Origin: Malacoraja senta
Lineage: Eukaryota
Assembly: GCA_038087875.1 (NCBI GenBank)
Contig: JAXLNO010005841.1
Location: forward strand, 3,782,001-3,846,000
DNA length: 64,000 nucleotides
Direction: 5' to 3'
Positions 45,298 to 58,589 of this stretch are shown here, piece by piece (positions within the stretch are counted from its first letter, which is position 1; each line of letters starts with the position of its first letter). The notes under the pieces were generated by a model. That model did no database searches. It was not told where the DNA came from and worked only from the letters and a program-made list of their open reading frames with translations. A program made the translations under genes and the position numbers.

Positions 45298-48200
45298 GTA
45301 AGTATTTTTTTAATAAATTATTATAGTCAAAGAGTCACCGATCCGTGCAGCAGAGAAACGGAACATTCCTTCCACCTTATCCATGGGATCTAGTTGGCTT
45401 TCTTTGGGCGTCGCGTCTACCTGCATTTGGGCCCTATCCCTCGAAATACTTCCCATCCATATATCTGCAAAGCCGTCTTTGGAAAGTTATAATTGTCGTT
45501 CATAGCTTCCCCAGGCAAAGAGTTTCAGATACGGATTACAATCTGCGATCCTCCATTTTAGAATCTTCTTCCAGAGGTTCAATTTATGCGTGCTCTTGTA
45601 GACGAAAAATAAAATCACCCGTTAGCCTCCTGCGTTCTGAACACAAAATGGCCAAGTATGCCCAGTCTACCTCCATAATCCAACCCTTTACACGCAATTG
45701 ACATCCCGAGTGAATCCTTTCTGCATATATTTTTTCATCGTAATTATATCCTTCCATTTTTGGGCGAAAACTCTCGCTGGGGCACATGAGCGCCATGATG
45801 AACATTTATACCAAGAGGATTGGAATAAAATAAGAGATAGGTAACGCTGAGGCTCTAAAAGGCGGTGTTCAGGCCCCCTTTGGAGTACTGAGAGAACATT
45901 TGAGCCCATTATCTAAAAAGGGCTGGCTCTAGAGGGTACAGAGGAGGTTTACAAGAATGATTCCTGGAATAGGTGGGTTAGCATGTGATGAGCGTTTGAC
46001 AGCACTGGGCCTCTACACGCTGGCGTTTAGAAGGTTGAGGGGGGGTCCTCATTGGAACTTACAGAATAATGGAAGACATGTACAGTGTACAGGATGTATT
46101 CTGTCTCACGGTGTGTCTCTGTCTCACGGTGTTGCGGTCATCGGCGGTGAAGCGCGGTGAAGCGCGGCTTCGCCCGTTGAGGGGACCGCACGGCAACGGC
46201 GAGAGCGCCGAGTCTATGCTGCGGGAGCGCCGCACGGATGCTGCGCGGGGGCCGAGTGATTTAAGTACGGCTGGTCCCACGAGCTTGCGGTAAGTTAAAA
46301 AAAAAAGGGCGGGCCGACTGCGGTCACGTCATTTCGGATCTGAGGGGCTGTGGCGGCGGCCGTGCTGATCGCGGCGCTGTGGCGGCGGCTGTGGCGGCGG
46401 CTGTAGCGGCGGCCGTGCTGATCGCGGCGCTGTGGCGGCGGCCGTGCCGCACACGTGCCTCACTGGCGGAGGCTATGGCGGTGAAGGATCTACTCACGGC
46501 GCTCGTGCCACACTGGCGGCGGCTGTGGCGGCGGCTGTGGCGGCGGCCGTGCATCACTGGCGGAGGCTGTGCGGTAGGAACATATTTTTGAACAGTGTTG
46601 GATTTACTTTAGCACCGTGCGGTGTTGGGTACAAGGCCGCACGGCCCCGGAATTGTGCGTTTGACCGAGCCCGCGGTCTATGGCGGCCCAGGAGTGGTAG
46701 ATTCTTCCTGTTTCGCCGCCAATGACCGCAGACTCGTGCGACAGGCCTTTAAAGGCTCTGTCTCACGGTGTTGCGGTCATCGGTGGTGAAGCGCGGCTTC
46801 GGCGGTAGAGGGAACGCACGGCAATGGCGAGAGCGCCGAGCCTATGCCACGGGAGCGCCGCACGGATGCTGCGCGGGGGCCGAGTGATTTAAGTACGGCT
46901 GGTCCCACGAGCTTGCCGTAAGTTAAAAAAAAGGGCGGGCCGACTGCGATGACGTCATTTCGGATCTGAGGGGCTGTGGCGGCGGCAGTGCTGATCGCGG
47001 CGCTGTGGCGGCGGCTGTGGCGGCGGCCGTGCTGATCGCGGCGCTGTGGCGGAGGCTGTGGCGGTGAAGGTTCTACTCACGGCGCTCGTGCCACACTGGC
47101 GGCGGCTGTGGCGGCGACCGTGCCGCACTCGTGCATCACTGGCGGCGGCTGTGCGGTAGGAACATATTTTTGAACAGTGTTGGTTTTATTTTAGCACCGT
47201 GCAGTGTTGGGAACAACGCCGCACGGCCCCGCAATTTTGCGTTTGACCGAGCCCGCGGTCTCTGGCGGCCCAGGAGCGGTAGATAGTTCCTGTTTCGCCG
47301 CCAATGACCGCAGACTCGTGCGACAGGCCTTTAAGACCACAGGTCATAGCCTCAGAATTAAAGGTGTTCTTTTAGAAATGATGTGAGGAGGAACATCTTT
47401 AGTTAGAAGGTAACTAATCTGTGGAACTCATGACCACAGAGGGCCGTGGAGGCCAAATCGGTGGATACGTGTGAGGCGGAGGTAGATATTCTTGATTAGA
47501 ACGGGAGTAAAGGGTTATGGGGAGAAGCCAGGAAAATGGGATTAGAACAGCCATGATTGAATGGCGGAGTAGATTCGATGGGCGAATGGCCTAATTGTAC
47601 TCCTATAACATGTGCACTTATGACAGCTGCATCGTGGTGTCCCAAATGTTATCGTCAATATCATTCCAAATGCGGTCAATCATACTAAACGCCTCTTGCC
47701 ATTCTATCCACATAAAAAAAACACTTTCAGGGTACTGCGCTCCAATTCCTATACCGGGAACCGTTCACTCCACATCTTGTCCGTGCACTCCACATCTTGT
47801 TCTCTATTCTGTTGCACTCTCAGAGAATCTGTAAATGCAGCCCTGGCTTGACATATGAAATTGAAACAGCAAACACTTGCCAGAGTATTATCTGTATTGT
47901 GAACATTATTCCTTCAAAGAGGGCATCACAAAGGAAAAGCAAGTTACGTGAATATGGCACAGTTGATGAAAAAATAAATCCGTTGGTTAAAATTGATATC
48001 CATTTGAGGGACAGCATTTCATATTTCGCTTGGGCAGCTTGCAACCCAGTGGTATGAATATTGATTTAACTAACTTCAAGAAACCCTTGCACTCCCTCTC
48101 TCTCCATCCCTCCCCCACTCAAGTCGCATAAGTTTCCCGTTCTCACCAAGCAAGCAGCTAACAATGGCATGTTTCCATTAACATTGTAACCTTTTTATAT

Positions 48201-49412
48201 ATCTGTCATTCATTTGACCAATATCTCTCTACATCATCTATATCATTGTCTATATCTCTCGTTTCCCTTTCCCCTAACTAGTTTGAACAAGGGTCTCGAC
48301 CCGAAACGGCAACCATTCCTTCTCTCCAGTGATGCTTGTAGTCCCACTGAATTACTCAAATATTTATGTCCATCATCTGTTTAAACCAGCATCTGCAGTT
48401 CCTTTCTACCCTTTGATTATACGGCTGCTCTTGGAAGAATGTGCATATCTCCCGTCCTTGTGGTCTTTGACTAGATCATAGTCAGCGCAGTACATTTTAT
48501 TTTTTTAATGTCATATATCATGGTTAGACCACACCAAAGCACCGGACACGGATAGAATACACGGATTGTGGTGGATGAAGCTAGAGTCATACAGCCCGTT
48601 CGGCACAACTTACCCCTATCTACAATGATGGTTCACCTATCCCAGTTCCACCTGCCTGCATTTACCCCTTAATCCTCTAAACCTTTCCTATCTATCTACC
48701 TGTCAAAATGTCTTTTATAAGTTGGTCTAATTTCTGCCACAACGAATTCTTGCGGTCGCTCGCTCATTACACCTACCATCCACCATGTAAACAGTTGTGC
48801 ATCAGGTTCCTATTATTTTCTTCCCCTTTCACATTAAACGTACGTTCACTGGTTCGTGTACCCTTACTTAGGAGAAGTGACTCAGTGCATTTACTCTATC
48901 TATTCCCCACATGATCGTTCTCACAGGTATAAGATCATCCCTCGTTCCCCTTTGCTCCAAGGAACGTAGTCCTAACTTGCCCAACCTTTCCTTTTTCACA
49001 CATGCAATATAGTCCTGGCAATATACTTGTAAATCGTCTCTATATTCTTTCTAGGTTCACAACATCTTCCTTTAGCAGTGTGACCATAATTATACAGTTC
49101 CGGAAATGCGGCTGCACCAATATTTTGCACATGTATAACATAGCATCATAACTTCTAGATTCATAACCGAAACCGATGAAGGCCAATGTACAGAAAGCCT
49201 TATTGACCAACGTAAATACCAGTGACGGCACGTTTATTTAACTATATACCTGCACTCCTTTTCACGAAGACATTGTCCAGCACCCTGCCTTTTACTGTGT
49301 GGGTCTTGCCCTGGTTTGTTATACCAAAATGCAACACCTCGCAATTATCTGCATTGTATATCATTAAAGATTCATCTGCCCACTTGCCCAAATGGTCACG
49401 TTTCTGCTGTAG

Positions 49413-50263
49413 TCTATTTATTACTAAAACTCTCATCTTGTTTGTGATTCTGTGTGCGTGCGTGTCTGTGTGCGTGTCAAAGAGATCCAGGAACTACGCC
49501 AAAACAGTACACAATAGCGCTGCAATTTTTGTACCACGTTACTCACAATTGTCTTGTGGTGTGTTTTTTTTAAATCAAGTTTCGTTCAGAGTTATGATAT
49601 ATTTTACAAGTTATTCACTTTTTAACTTCACAAAATCCAGTTTGAGGAAGAATCAGTTGAACCTGTTGTGGCAGTTGCAGTGGCAGTTAGCAGCTATGAT
49701 TTCACAATGGGATCTCATTTACACAAATTGCCCCTGAGCAGTGCGTCCCCCGACAATTACATCACAATGGGACATAATTTACATTAACTGCCCATCATCA
49801 GTGTTCCACCCAGTGCAGTAAGAGATGTGTTACATTGTTGCTTTGAGACGGAGGGAGTGGGGGAGGGAAGGAGGAGAAATGTCGGATACGGGAGAGGGGA
49901 TCAGTGGGGGAGCAGAGTGATAGAGGGAGAGGAGGGGGATGGGGAGAGGAGAGGGGTTATGGAGGGATGGAGGGAGAGAGTGACTGAGGGTAGGGGAAAT
50001 GAGAGGGACGGAGAGGTGACGGAGTGGAGCAGGTGATGAGGAGAGGGGATGGAAGAGTAAGAATGAAGAGGAGGGGGTTAGTGTTGGTGGATGAGGGGAA
50101 AGGAGCCGTACCTGCGCATTTTGAGTGGTGGAATACTGCATTGGGGAACGGGTTGCGTTGGGGGAACGGGTTTGTGGATGGAAACGGGCTGCGTTGAGGG
50201 GGGGGATGACTAGTGAAATATTGCGTTGGGGGAACGGGGCCCAACGGGTCCCACTTGGTCTAG
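49413..50263 (+). mobile_element. Non-autonomous Helitron-like element (its 5' part is also at 34197-34801, cut by the gap)
   Basis: Starts TCTATTTATTACTAAAACTCTCATCTTG; hairpin GGGGCCC-AAC-GGGTCCC (50236-50252); ends ACTTGGTCTAG|T. The base before TC is G rather than the canonical A. Confidence 0.72.
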
Positions 50264-51012
50264 TTGTTTATAAATATCTTGGTTATCTATGATATAACCA
50301 TGGTACAGTTATATCCCCAAACTTACTGATCAGACCTCGTATATTCCCATCAGATAGAAAACACTGCTCAGATCACAACTGACGTGTCATTGTACCGTTA
50401 TGATGGAAAGAGTACAGGATGGAATTACGAGAATGATCCCACGAGGGCCTGCGTTACAGGCAAAGGTTGTGCATGCTAGGACTTTATTTTTTGGAGCGCA
50501 GCAAGATAGCAATATTTAGATTTAGAACCTGAGGGGCAACATATTCTCTCTCAGAGAGTCCTGATTTTGGACACTTGGAATATTCTGGTACGCTTTATCG
50601 ATTGGAAAATGTGCTTGCGATTATGACAGAGATACCCCGTTGAACAGGCCAAACCTTTGCGACGAAGGTCCTTCTATAATAGGGAGCTGATGATATATTT
50701 CCAAAGTGATGTGGGACGCAAGTAAAATGTGGGAGCTACTCTCCCTTGCGTCCGAATCCTCGGTCAATATTGGCGGTAGAAGACGTAGCTTGCGGTCTCA
50801 GTAGGTAACAGCTTACATGCTATAAGAGGTTGTTTGTGTGGACATAAATGACTGTTGTCCGAGGCAGGGTCGGTGTTTGGCTGGTGGATATTGTGGCAGT
50901 TAACTGGGCTGCTTGTCTTCGTCGGTTGGCGTTTGCCAGACACGCATCACGCAGGAGACGTAAGGTTTCCATTTCTATGCCGCTAACATGCTGATGGTGT
51001 TCTGTTTCCAAG

Positions 51013-51273
51013 ATGCCCCCCGGAACACGGTGGTCGAGTGGAACTTCAAAGAATCCAACACGATTTCCCTGCGTTGTTCCAGTGACGCCAACCCCAGTGC
51101 CACCAGTTTCTCCTGGTTCAAGGTCACCCGTGGCGTTGAGACTGATCTAAGGCGGGAAATCCAAAATATCACCGTTCACCTTCATTCGGAAAAGGCAAAA
51201 ACATCCTACAGCTGCACGGCGACAAACGCTCTTGGGAGCTCACGTTCCGCGCCCGTGCGAGTCCCCAGTCAGC
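51013..51273 (+). CDS. Siglec-like second C2-set Ig exon (single copy)
   Basis: TTCCAAG...GTGAGT, 261 nt, phase 1-1. Splicing gives LNVT-YAPRNT...ISLRCSSDANPSATSFSWFK...SYSCTATNALGSSRS, the canonical Siglec/CD22 junction and C2 motif. Confidence 0.92.
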
Positions 51274-52339
51274 GTGAGTATTTGTTGTGATCGGATGACC
51301 GAGCCATTGGCTACTTGGTATCTGAGCTGAGGACTACCTCCGATAAATGTCTCTTTCCGCGTTTGCTAAACATCTACCTGTTTGACGCAGCCTATCCACA
51401 AATTCCTCACAGCGAGTGCCTTGGAAAAACTGTGACGCAAGTACAGAAGGAACCCAAAATTTCACTGGAGCCTTTTCTATTATTCCGCCGGATACTGGTT
51501 CCAATATGAGATCCAATTCACACATTGCTCCCCTACCGCACCCATGGAGATTAACTGTCAAAAACACTCAAACAAACAGCATCGATTCGTAACAATACTT
51601 AGACACAGGGCGATATCATTAGGACCCTTTAGTTTACCATGTCATACCCATGATTGCGCAGAACCTATATTCCTTAATGCCATTCTGATCGTTCAACAGA
51701 TAGACACAACATGCAAGAGTAAATCAACGGGTCAGGGAACATCTGTGGAGAAGAGGTATGGGTCATAGACCAGGTTTTTCATAGAACAATACAGCACAGA
51801 TACCAAACATACTTGGACGCACCATACCAAACATCAAACCTCGAATTGTACAGTGATCATTGCTCAATTCATTTTATTCCACATTCCCATCAACGCTTAG
51901 GTTTCCACTAGATGTTAAATGAGTAGCAGGATCTGGACCCTTGATGAAAATGTAAGCACATTAAATTGTAATTCGCGTACATGGGCAATTGATGGTCGGC
52001 ATGCGTTTGCTCGGCCAAATGGCCTGGTTCATTGTTCCATATCCCTGTTGTACAATTATGCCTAGATTACACCACTCATCTATGCATCGGAGGCGACCTA
52101 CACCGTCCAATTGACCTAATAAACAACATGTTTATGTGTTGGTGTAACCTAACAGATCCGGCAGTATATTTGGAGAAAGGATAACCGACGTTTCGGGCCG
52201 GGAACACTTCTTCAACGATTGTAGTGAGTACGTGGGAGAGAAAGCTGACAAAGAGGCGGGGCAGAACGAGTCAGATTGATGCTGCCGCATAGATGCTGCT
52301 CGAACAAATCCTTCTTGACCAAGTCAGATTGATTATAGG

Positions 52340-53845
52340 AACATAGAAACGTAGAAAATAGGTGCAGGAGTAGGCCATTCGGCACTTCGAGCCTGCATCG
52401 CCATTCAATATGATCATGGCTGATCATCCAACTCAGTATCCTGTACCTGCCTTCTCTCCATACCCCCTGATACCTTTAGCCACAAGGGCCACATCTAACT
52501 CCCTCTTAAATATAGCCAATGATCTTGCCTCAACTATCTTCTGTGGCAGAGAATTCCAGAGATTCTCCACTCTGTGTGAAAAATGTTTTTCTCATCTCGG
52601 TCCTGAAAGATTTCCCCTTTATCCTTAAACTGTGACCCCTTGTTCTGGACTTCCCCAACATCGGGAACAATCTTCCTGCATCTAGCCTGTACAACCCCTT
52701 AAGAATGTTGTAAGTTTCTATAAGATGCGCCCTCAATCTTCTAAATTCTGGCGAGTACAAGCCAAGTCTATCCAGTCTTTCTTCATATGCAAGTCCTGAC
52801 ATCCCAGGAATCACTGGTGAACCTTCTCTGTACTCCCTCTATGGCAATAATGTCTTTCCTTAGATTAGGAGACCAAACCTGTACGCAATACTCCTGGTGT
52901 GGTCTCACCGAAACCCTGTACAAATACAGTAGACCGTCCCTGCTCCTATACTCAAATCCTTTTGCTAAGAATGCTAACATACCATTCGCTTTCTTCACTG
53001 CCTGCTGCACCTGCATGCCTACTTTCAATGACTGGTGTACCATGACACCCGGATCTCGTTGCATCTCTCCTTTTCCTAATCGGCGCCATTCAGATAATAG
53101 TCTACTTTCCTGTTCTTGCCATCAAAGTGGATAAACTCACATGTATCCACATTATACTGCATCTGCCATGCATTTGCCCACTCACCCAGCCTATGCAAGT
53201 CACCTTGCCGCCTCCTAGCATTCTCCTCACAGCTAACACTGCCCCCCAGCTTCGTGTCATCCGCAAACCTGGAGATGTAGCATTCAATTCCCTAGTCCAA
53301 ATCATTAATATATATTGTAAATAGCTGGGGTCCCAGCACTGACCCTTGCGGTACCCCATTAGTCATTACCTGCCAATCTGAAAAGGACCCGTTAACTCCT
53401 ACACTTTGCTTCCTGTCTGCCAGCCAGTTCTCTATGCATATCAATAATGAACCCCCAATACCGTGTGCTTTAAGTTCGTATACTAATCTCTTATGTGGGA
53501 CCTTGTCGAAAGCCTTCTGAAAGTCCAGATATAACACACCCACTGGTTCTCCCTTATTCACTCTACTAGCTACATCCTCGAAAAAGTCTATAAGATTCGT
53601 CAGACATCATTTACCTTTCATAAATCCATGCTGACTTTGTCAAATCATTTCACCACTTTCCAAATCTGCTGCTATCCCATCTTTAATATCTGACTCTAGC
53701 AGTTTCCCCACTACCGTTGTTAGACTAACTGGTTTGTAATTCCCCGTTTCCTCTCTCGCTCCCCTTTTAAAACGTGTGGTTACATTAGCTACCCTCCAAT
53801 CCTCAGCAACTACTCCAGAATCTAAAGAGTTTTGAAAAATTATAG
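52340..53845 (-). mobile_element. CR1-type LINE, RT to 3' tail
   Basis: DWRVANVT...[13 protein letters not shown]...[13 protein letters not shown]...QQAVKKANGMLAF...SRTRGHSLRIKG. Confidence 0.93.
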
Positions 53846-53951
53846 TACGGTGGAGACATCTGGAGGATTGTTGAAGGAGGGGGGGGGGGGGGGGGGTGAG
53901 GAGGAGATCACATTGATTGGTCAGCATCTACAGTCCCTTTCATTAGGATTC

Positions 53952-54850
53952 TGTGAACTGTGAAGCGGATGTTAGGAGGTTGCAGGGTGAACTGGACAGG
54001 ATGATTGAGTGGGCAGATGCGTGGCAGATGCAGTATAATATAGATAAATGTGAGGTTATCCACTTTGGCGGCAAAAACAAGGGGACAGATTATTATCTCA
54101 ATTTGGTTAGGTTAGGTAATGGGGAGGTACAGCGAGACCTGGGTGTCCTTGTACACCGGTCACTGAAAGTTGGCGTTCAGGTACAGCAGGCAGTGATGAA
54201 AGCTAATGGGATGTTGGCCTTCATAACGAGTGGATTTCAGTACAGGAGTAAAGAGGTTCTTCTGCAGTTGTATAGGGCTCTGGTGAGACCACATCTGGAG
54301 TATTGTATACAGTTTTGGTCTCCTAATTTGAGGAAGGACATCCTTGTGATTGAGGCAGTGCAGCGTAGGTTCACGAGATTGATCCCTGGGATGGCGGGAC
54401 TGTCATATGAGGAAAGATTGAAAAGACTAGGCCTGTATTCACTGGAGTTTAGAAGGATGAGGGGGGGTCTAAAAGAAACATATAACGTTATAAAAGGACT
54501 GGACAAGCTAGATGCAGGAAAAATGTTCCCAATGTTGGGCGAGTCCAGAACCAGGGGCCACAGTCTTAGAATAAAGGAGAGGTAATTTAAGACTGAGGTG
54601 AGAAAAAACGTTTTCACCCAGAGTGTTGTGAATTTGTGGAATTCCCTGCCACAGAGGGCAGTGGAGGCCAAATCACTGGATGGATTTAAGAGAGAGTTAG
54701 ATAGAGCTCTAGGGGCTTGTGGAGTCAATGGCTATGGGGAGAAGGCAGGCACGGGTTATTGATACGGGACGTTCAGCCATGATCACAATGAATGGCGGTG
54801 CTGGCTCGAAGGGCCGACTGGCCTCCTCCTGCACCTATTTACTATGTTGC
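53952..54850 (+). mobile_element. CR1-type LINE 3' portion, largely open frame
   Basis: 210-aa ORF WQMQYNIDKCEVIHFG...RPHLEYCIQFWSP...SRTRGHSLRIK plus 3' UTR. Confidence 0.93.
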
Positions 54851-56499
54851 TATGATTCGGAAATGGTTTAACTTCTTCTCCCGCATTATCAGTTTCCAAA
54901 GCGCCACAATTTCTGCGACATTTGCAAACGTTCACACTTACTTACCTACATTTACGTCCAAGGACAATCATGGTTTTTGTTTACTGGAACGTTGAAGGGT
55001 CCGAACCCGAAACATATGTTCTCTCGTCTTTGAAATTTTAAACCTCTGTCCTTTGCTTCTGGACTCCAGCAGTTGAGGCAAGAGACTCTGTGCATCTACC
55101 CGAACTTTTACTGTGTTGATTTTGTACACCGGTCTATTCCTCGCAAATTTTGTACACTTAAATCCTAATATTCATCTACAGAACCTCCTATTTCTTCTTT
55201 CCCATGTCTGTGGTACCAAAGTGGACCATGACCTATTGCTGCTAACCATTCTCTTTCAGAATGCCCCGTGCTCGCCCAGAGACATTGTCCAATAGTGCAA
55301 ATTTCACTCGGTACTTCCTGCCCGCACTGCAGCTCTCCCTTAATCAACCACGCCCATGGCGATCAGGATCCCCATCTAAGATAGTCACACTTTCATGCAT
55401 TTGGCCTATTTCCTTGCAAACCTTTCCTATCCATGCACGTGCTGACATGTCTTGGAAAAGTTGTTAATGCCCCTGCCGAACGAATTCATCTGATACTTTC
55501 CCATGTCGCGATGTGGAACTCACTCTTTCACCGTGAGTGGAATACGTTCTCAACTATGCGTCACAGTGGTGGCATGGAACTGGTGTTCAAGTCTCTGGAA
55601 CTACGCATGAACTCAGGATTTTCTTTATGAGGGTGGNNNNNNNNNNNNNNNNNNNNNNNNNNNNNNNNNNNNNNNNNNNNNNNNNNNNNNNNNNNNNNNN
55701 NNNNNNNNNNNNNNNNNNNNNNNNNNNNNNNNNNNNNNNNNNNNNNNNNNNNNNNNNNNNNNNNNNNNNNNNNNNNNNNNNNNNNNNNGAGTGGGATGGA
55801 GGGGGGAAGAGGGAGGTAGAACAGGAGGGAGGGAGTAAGAGGGAGAGAGAGAGCAAGGGAGGGGGAGAGGGAGAAAGAGAGGGAGGGAGTGAGGAAGGGA
55901 GAGAAGGTGGGCGAGAGGGAGGGAGAGAGACAGATAGCGTGTTCTCAGTACACAAAATGTAGAAATATGTAGACTGGAATAGGGAGAGAAAGCGTCAGGG
56001 AGAGTGGGAAGCGAACAATAGAGCAAGAGTGCAGCCCATTGACCTGCAGCTGGCATTGGTAAACATTTAGAAGGCACGCAATCAGGCAGCGCTGTTGCCA
56101 AGACTGACTCGGACACCGTGTCCTGTTCCCAAACTCGCGGCGTTCGACCTTTCAGTGTCAATAGCTTATGACATCAATTGCAGGTGGAATTTTCCATCCA
56201 AGCACATTACATTAAATCCCGAATTTATCAGCTGTAGCTGTTCTTCTCTGTTTCGATTCCAGGAGAAGGTCAGATAAGAATTGAATCAAAAGCGTCACAT
56301 AACCCAATATCGTGAATCAAGAATCAAACGGATTTGAATGTCGTATGTACAGTCAATGGAAAAATGTAATTCGTTTTTGCAGCAGTAAAACAGATCTACA
56401 CGTTCTACGCTAATAGATGATATCAATTAAGTAAACAACCAATAATGTAATTATCACAATACAAGTGAAATTAAAAAAACATCAGTGCAACCAAAGACT

Positions 56500-56870
56500 C
56501 CGACCACTATTTGTGTGAAAACGTTCCCCCTCAGATTCCTATTAAGTATTTCCCCTTGAACTTAAACCGCTGTCGTCTTGTTCTCGATTCACCTACCCTG
56601 GACAAGCGACTATGTGCATCTACCCAATCTATACCACTCTTGAATTTATAGACCTCTTAAAGACCACCCCTCATTCTCCATGCGCGCCACGGAATAGAAT
56701 CCCAGTCTTCTGAACATATCCCTGTAGCTCAGAGCATCTTGTTCTGGCAATATCCTCGTAAATCTTCTCTGTACCCTTCCAGCTTGACAACATCTTTCCA
56801 ATAACTTGGTGCCAAGAACTTAACACAATACTCTAAATGCGGTCTCACCAACGTTTTATACCACTTACGT
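56500..56870 (-). mobile_element. Degenerate CR1/L2-type LINE 3' fragment
   Basis: Reverse complement of the GLYSLE/RTRGH/FFTQ-type tail, many substitutions. Confidence 0.65.
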
Positions 56871-57489
56871 TAGCTCTATCAATTTTCTACACATAAGGGG
56901 CAATTTATTGTGGCCTATAAAAGCTGCAGTCTTTGGAATGCGGGAGGACACGGGAACTCCACGAACAAGCACATGAGGGCGCAGGGACAACGTGCAAACT
57001 CCACACAGACAGCACGATGCAAGGATCGAACCCAGGTCTTTGGCGTGCCGCAGTGTGAAAGAGCCTGATGGTTGTCATGGAAACAAGCCCTTTGGCCCAA
57101 CCAGCCAACGCTGAACATAGATCACTCAGTCATAATATTTCTATGCTATTTTATGCTATGCACCTTCACGTCGCATTTTCTCGTGGAAAACCTACGGGTC
57201 CGGCACTTCCAACCACCCGAGGAAGCCAGATATTCGGAAATTCCGCCCGCCCCCCGCCCCCCGTCCCCACATAGACACACATCATTCTTAATAGGCCCTG
57301 TAAGCTGTATGTCTTCATAAACCATGCAGGGTGAAGCAACACGTGACCAACCTTGGAGCAAATACCCAACCATATGTGCCGAGGGAGCTTTAAGGCCAGT
57401 GATCAGATTTTCAAGCTGACTGCACACTGGAGAGGCAATACTGAGATATTTGACAATGCAGACATGCTTTTCCAAAAGGCCAAAGTGGC

Positions 57490-57765
57490 TCACAAGTCAT
57501 AAGGTCATGTGATAGAAATGGAATTAGGCCATTCGGCCCATCAAGTCTTCGCCGTTCATTCATGGCTGATCTATCTCTTCCTCCCAACTCCATTCTCCCG
57601 CCTTCTCCCCATGACCTCTGACACCTGTACTAATTAAAATATATCCTCTCTGCCTTAACAATATCAACTGTCTTGGCCTCTACATCTTTCTGTGGCAAAG
57701 AATTCCACAGATTCACCACCCCCTAATTAAAGAAATCTCTCATCTCCTTCCTAAAATAACTAAAA
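57490..57765 (-). mobile_element. CR1-type LINE 3' end
   Basis: GGCCATTCGGCCCATC...CATGGCTGATC...GAATTCCACAGATTCACCAC pattern. Confidence 0.8.
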
Positions 57766-58589
57766 TATGGTTCTGGGCGAACTGGAACCGGCTTGAGCAC
57801 GCATTTGCAAGCGGACAAAATAGTACGAATGTAGGATGGCAAGCAAAGTGCCCGCTTTTCAGGAAGGGCAGTGATGAATACCGTGGTACATTACAGACAT
57901 AATGAGCCGAACATCAGTAAGAGACTGCAGATGCTTGAATCTCTAATAAAAGGCAAACTACTGGAGGAACTCAGTGGGATAGGAAGAACGTGAGGAGAAA
58001 AATGGACCAGTCTGAAGAAGGGACCCACCCCTTCATGTCGTCTGTCCAATATCCTCCACGCATTCCGCCCGACCCGTTGAGTTCGTCTAGCAGTTTATCT
58101 TTTGCTCGAGACTTCATCATTTGCAGTCTCTTGCCTTCCCCAAATATCGATGTCCTGCAGCAGTTTCCTTATTTTTTTAGCTGTTGGCCGATCAGTGGTA
58201 ACTAGTTTTGGTTTGTCATGTGGACATTTCGTCTGAACTATCCAATTTGTTGAGGAGATAACGACGTGTTTTATGCCGACATTGCTGTAGATGTCGTAGA
58301 GTCATATAGTTCTACACATCGGGAACAGGCACTTTGGTCCAGCTGGCTCTGTCTCTCTTTGGAGCCGAAGAATTCCGCTTTATTTTGTACTGTTCTATGC
58401 TCTCTCATCAAAGTGATTGGAGAGATACGGGCCAGGCACACCCTTTCAACCTGCAATGCCTGAGTCAAAAATGATGCCACGTTAAACAAATCTCCTCAGT
58501 CTGGTGAGCGGTTTCGGCTCTGCTCGACCGGTTGCTGTAAATAGAAAGTGGGGATAGTAGACCTGTTGAAATACCACGTTTTCTCCCAG

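Larger units (their letters stand above)
35002..50018 (+). repeat. ~15-kb tandem segmental duplication, copy 2
   Basis: Starts at the first base after the 200-N gap; its internal gap (37420-37576) has the same flanks as 22266-22432. Confidence 0.97.
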
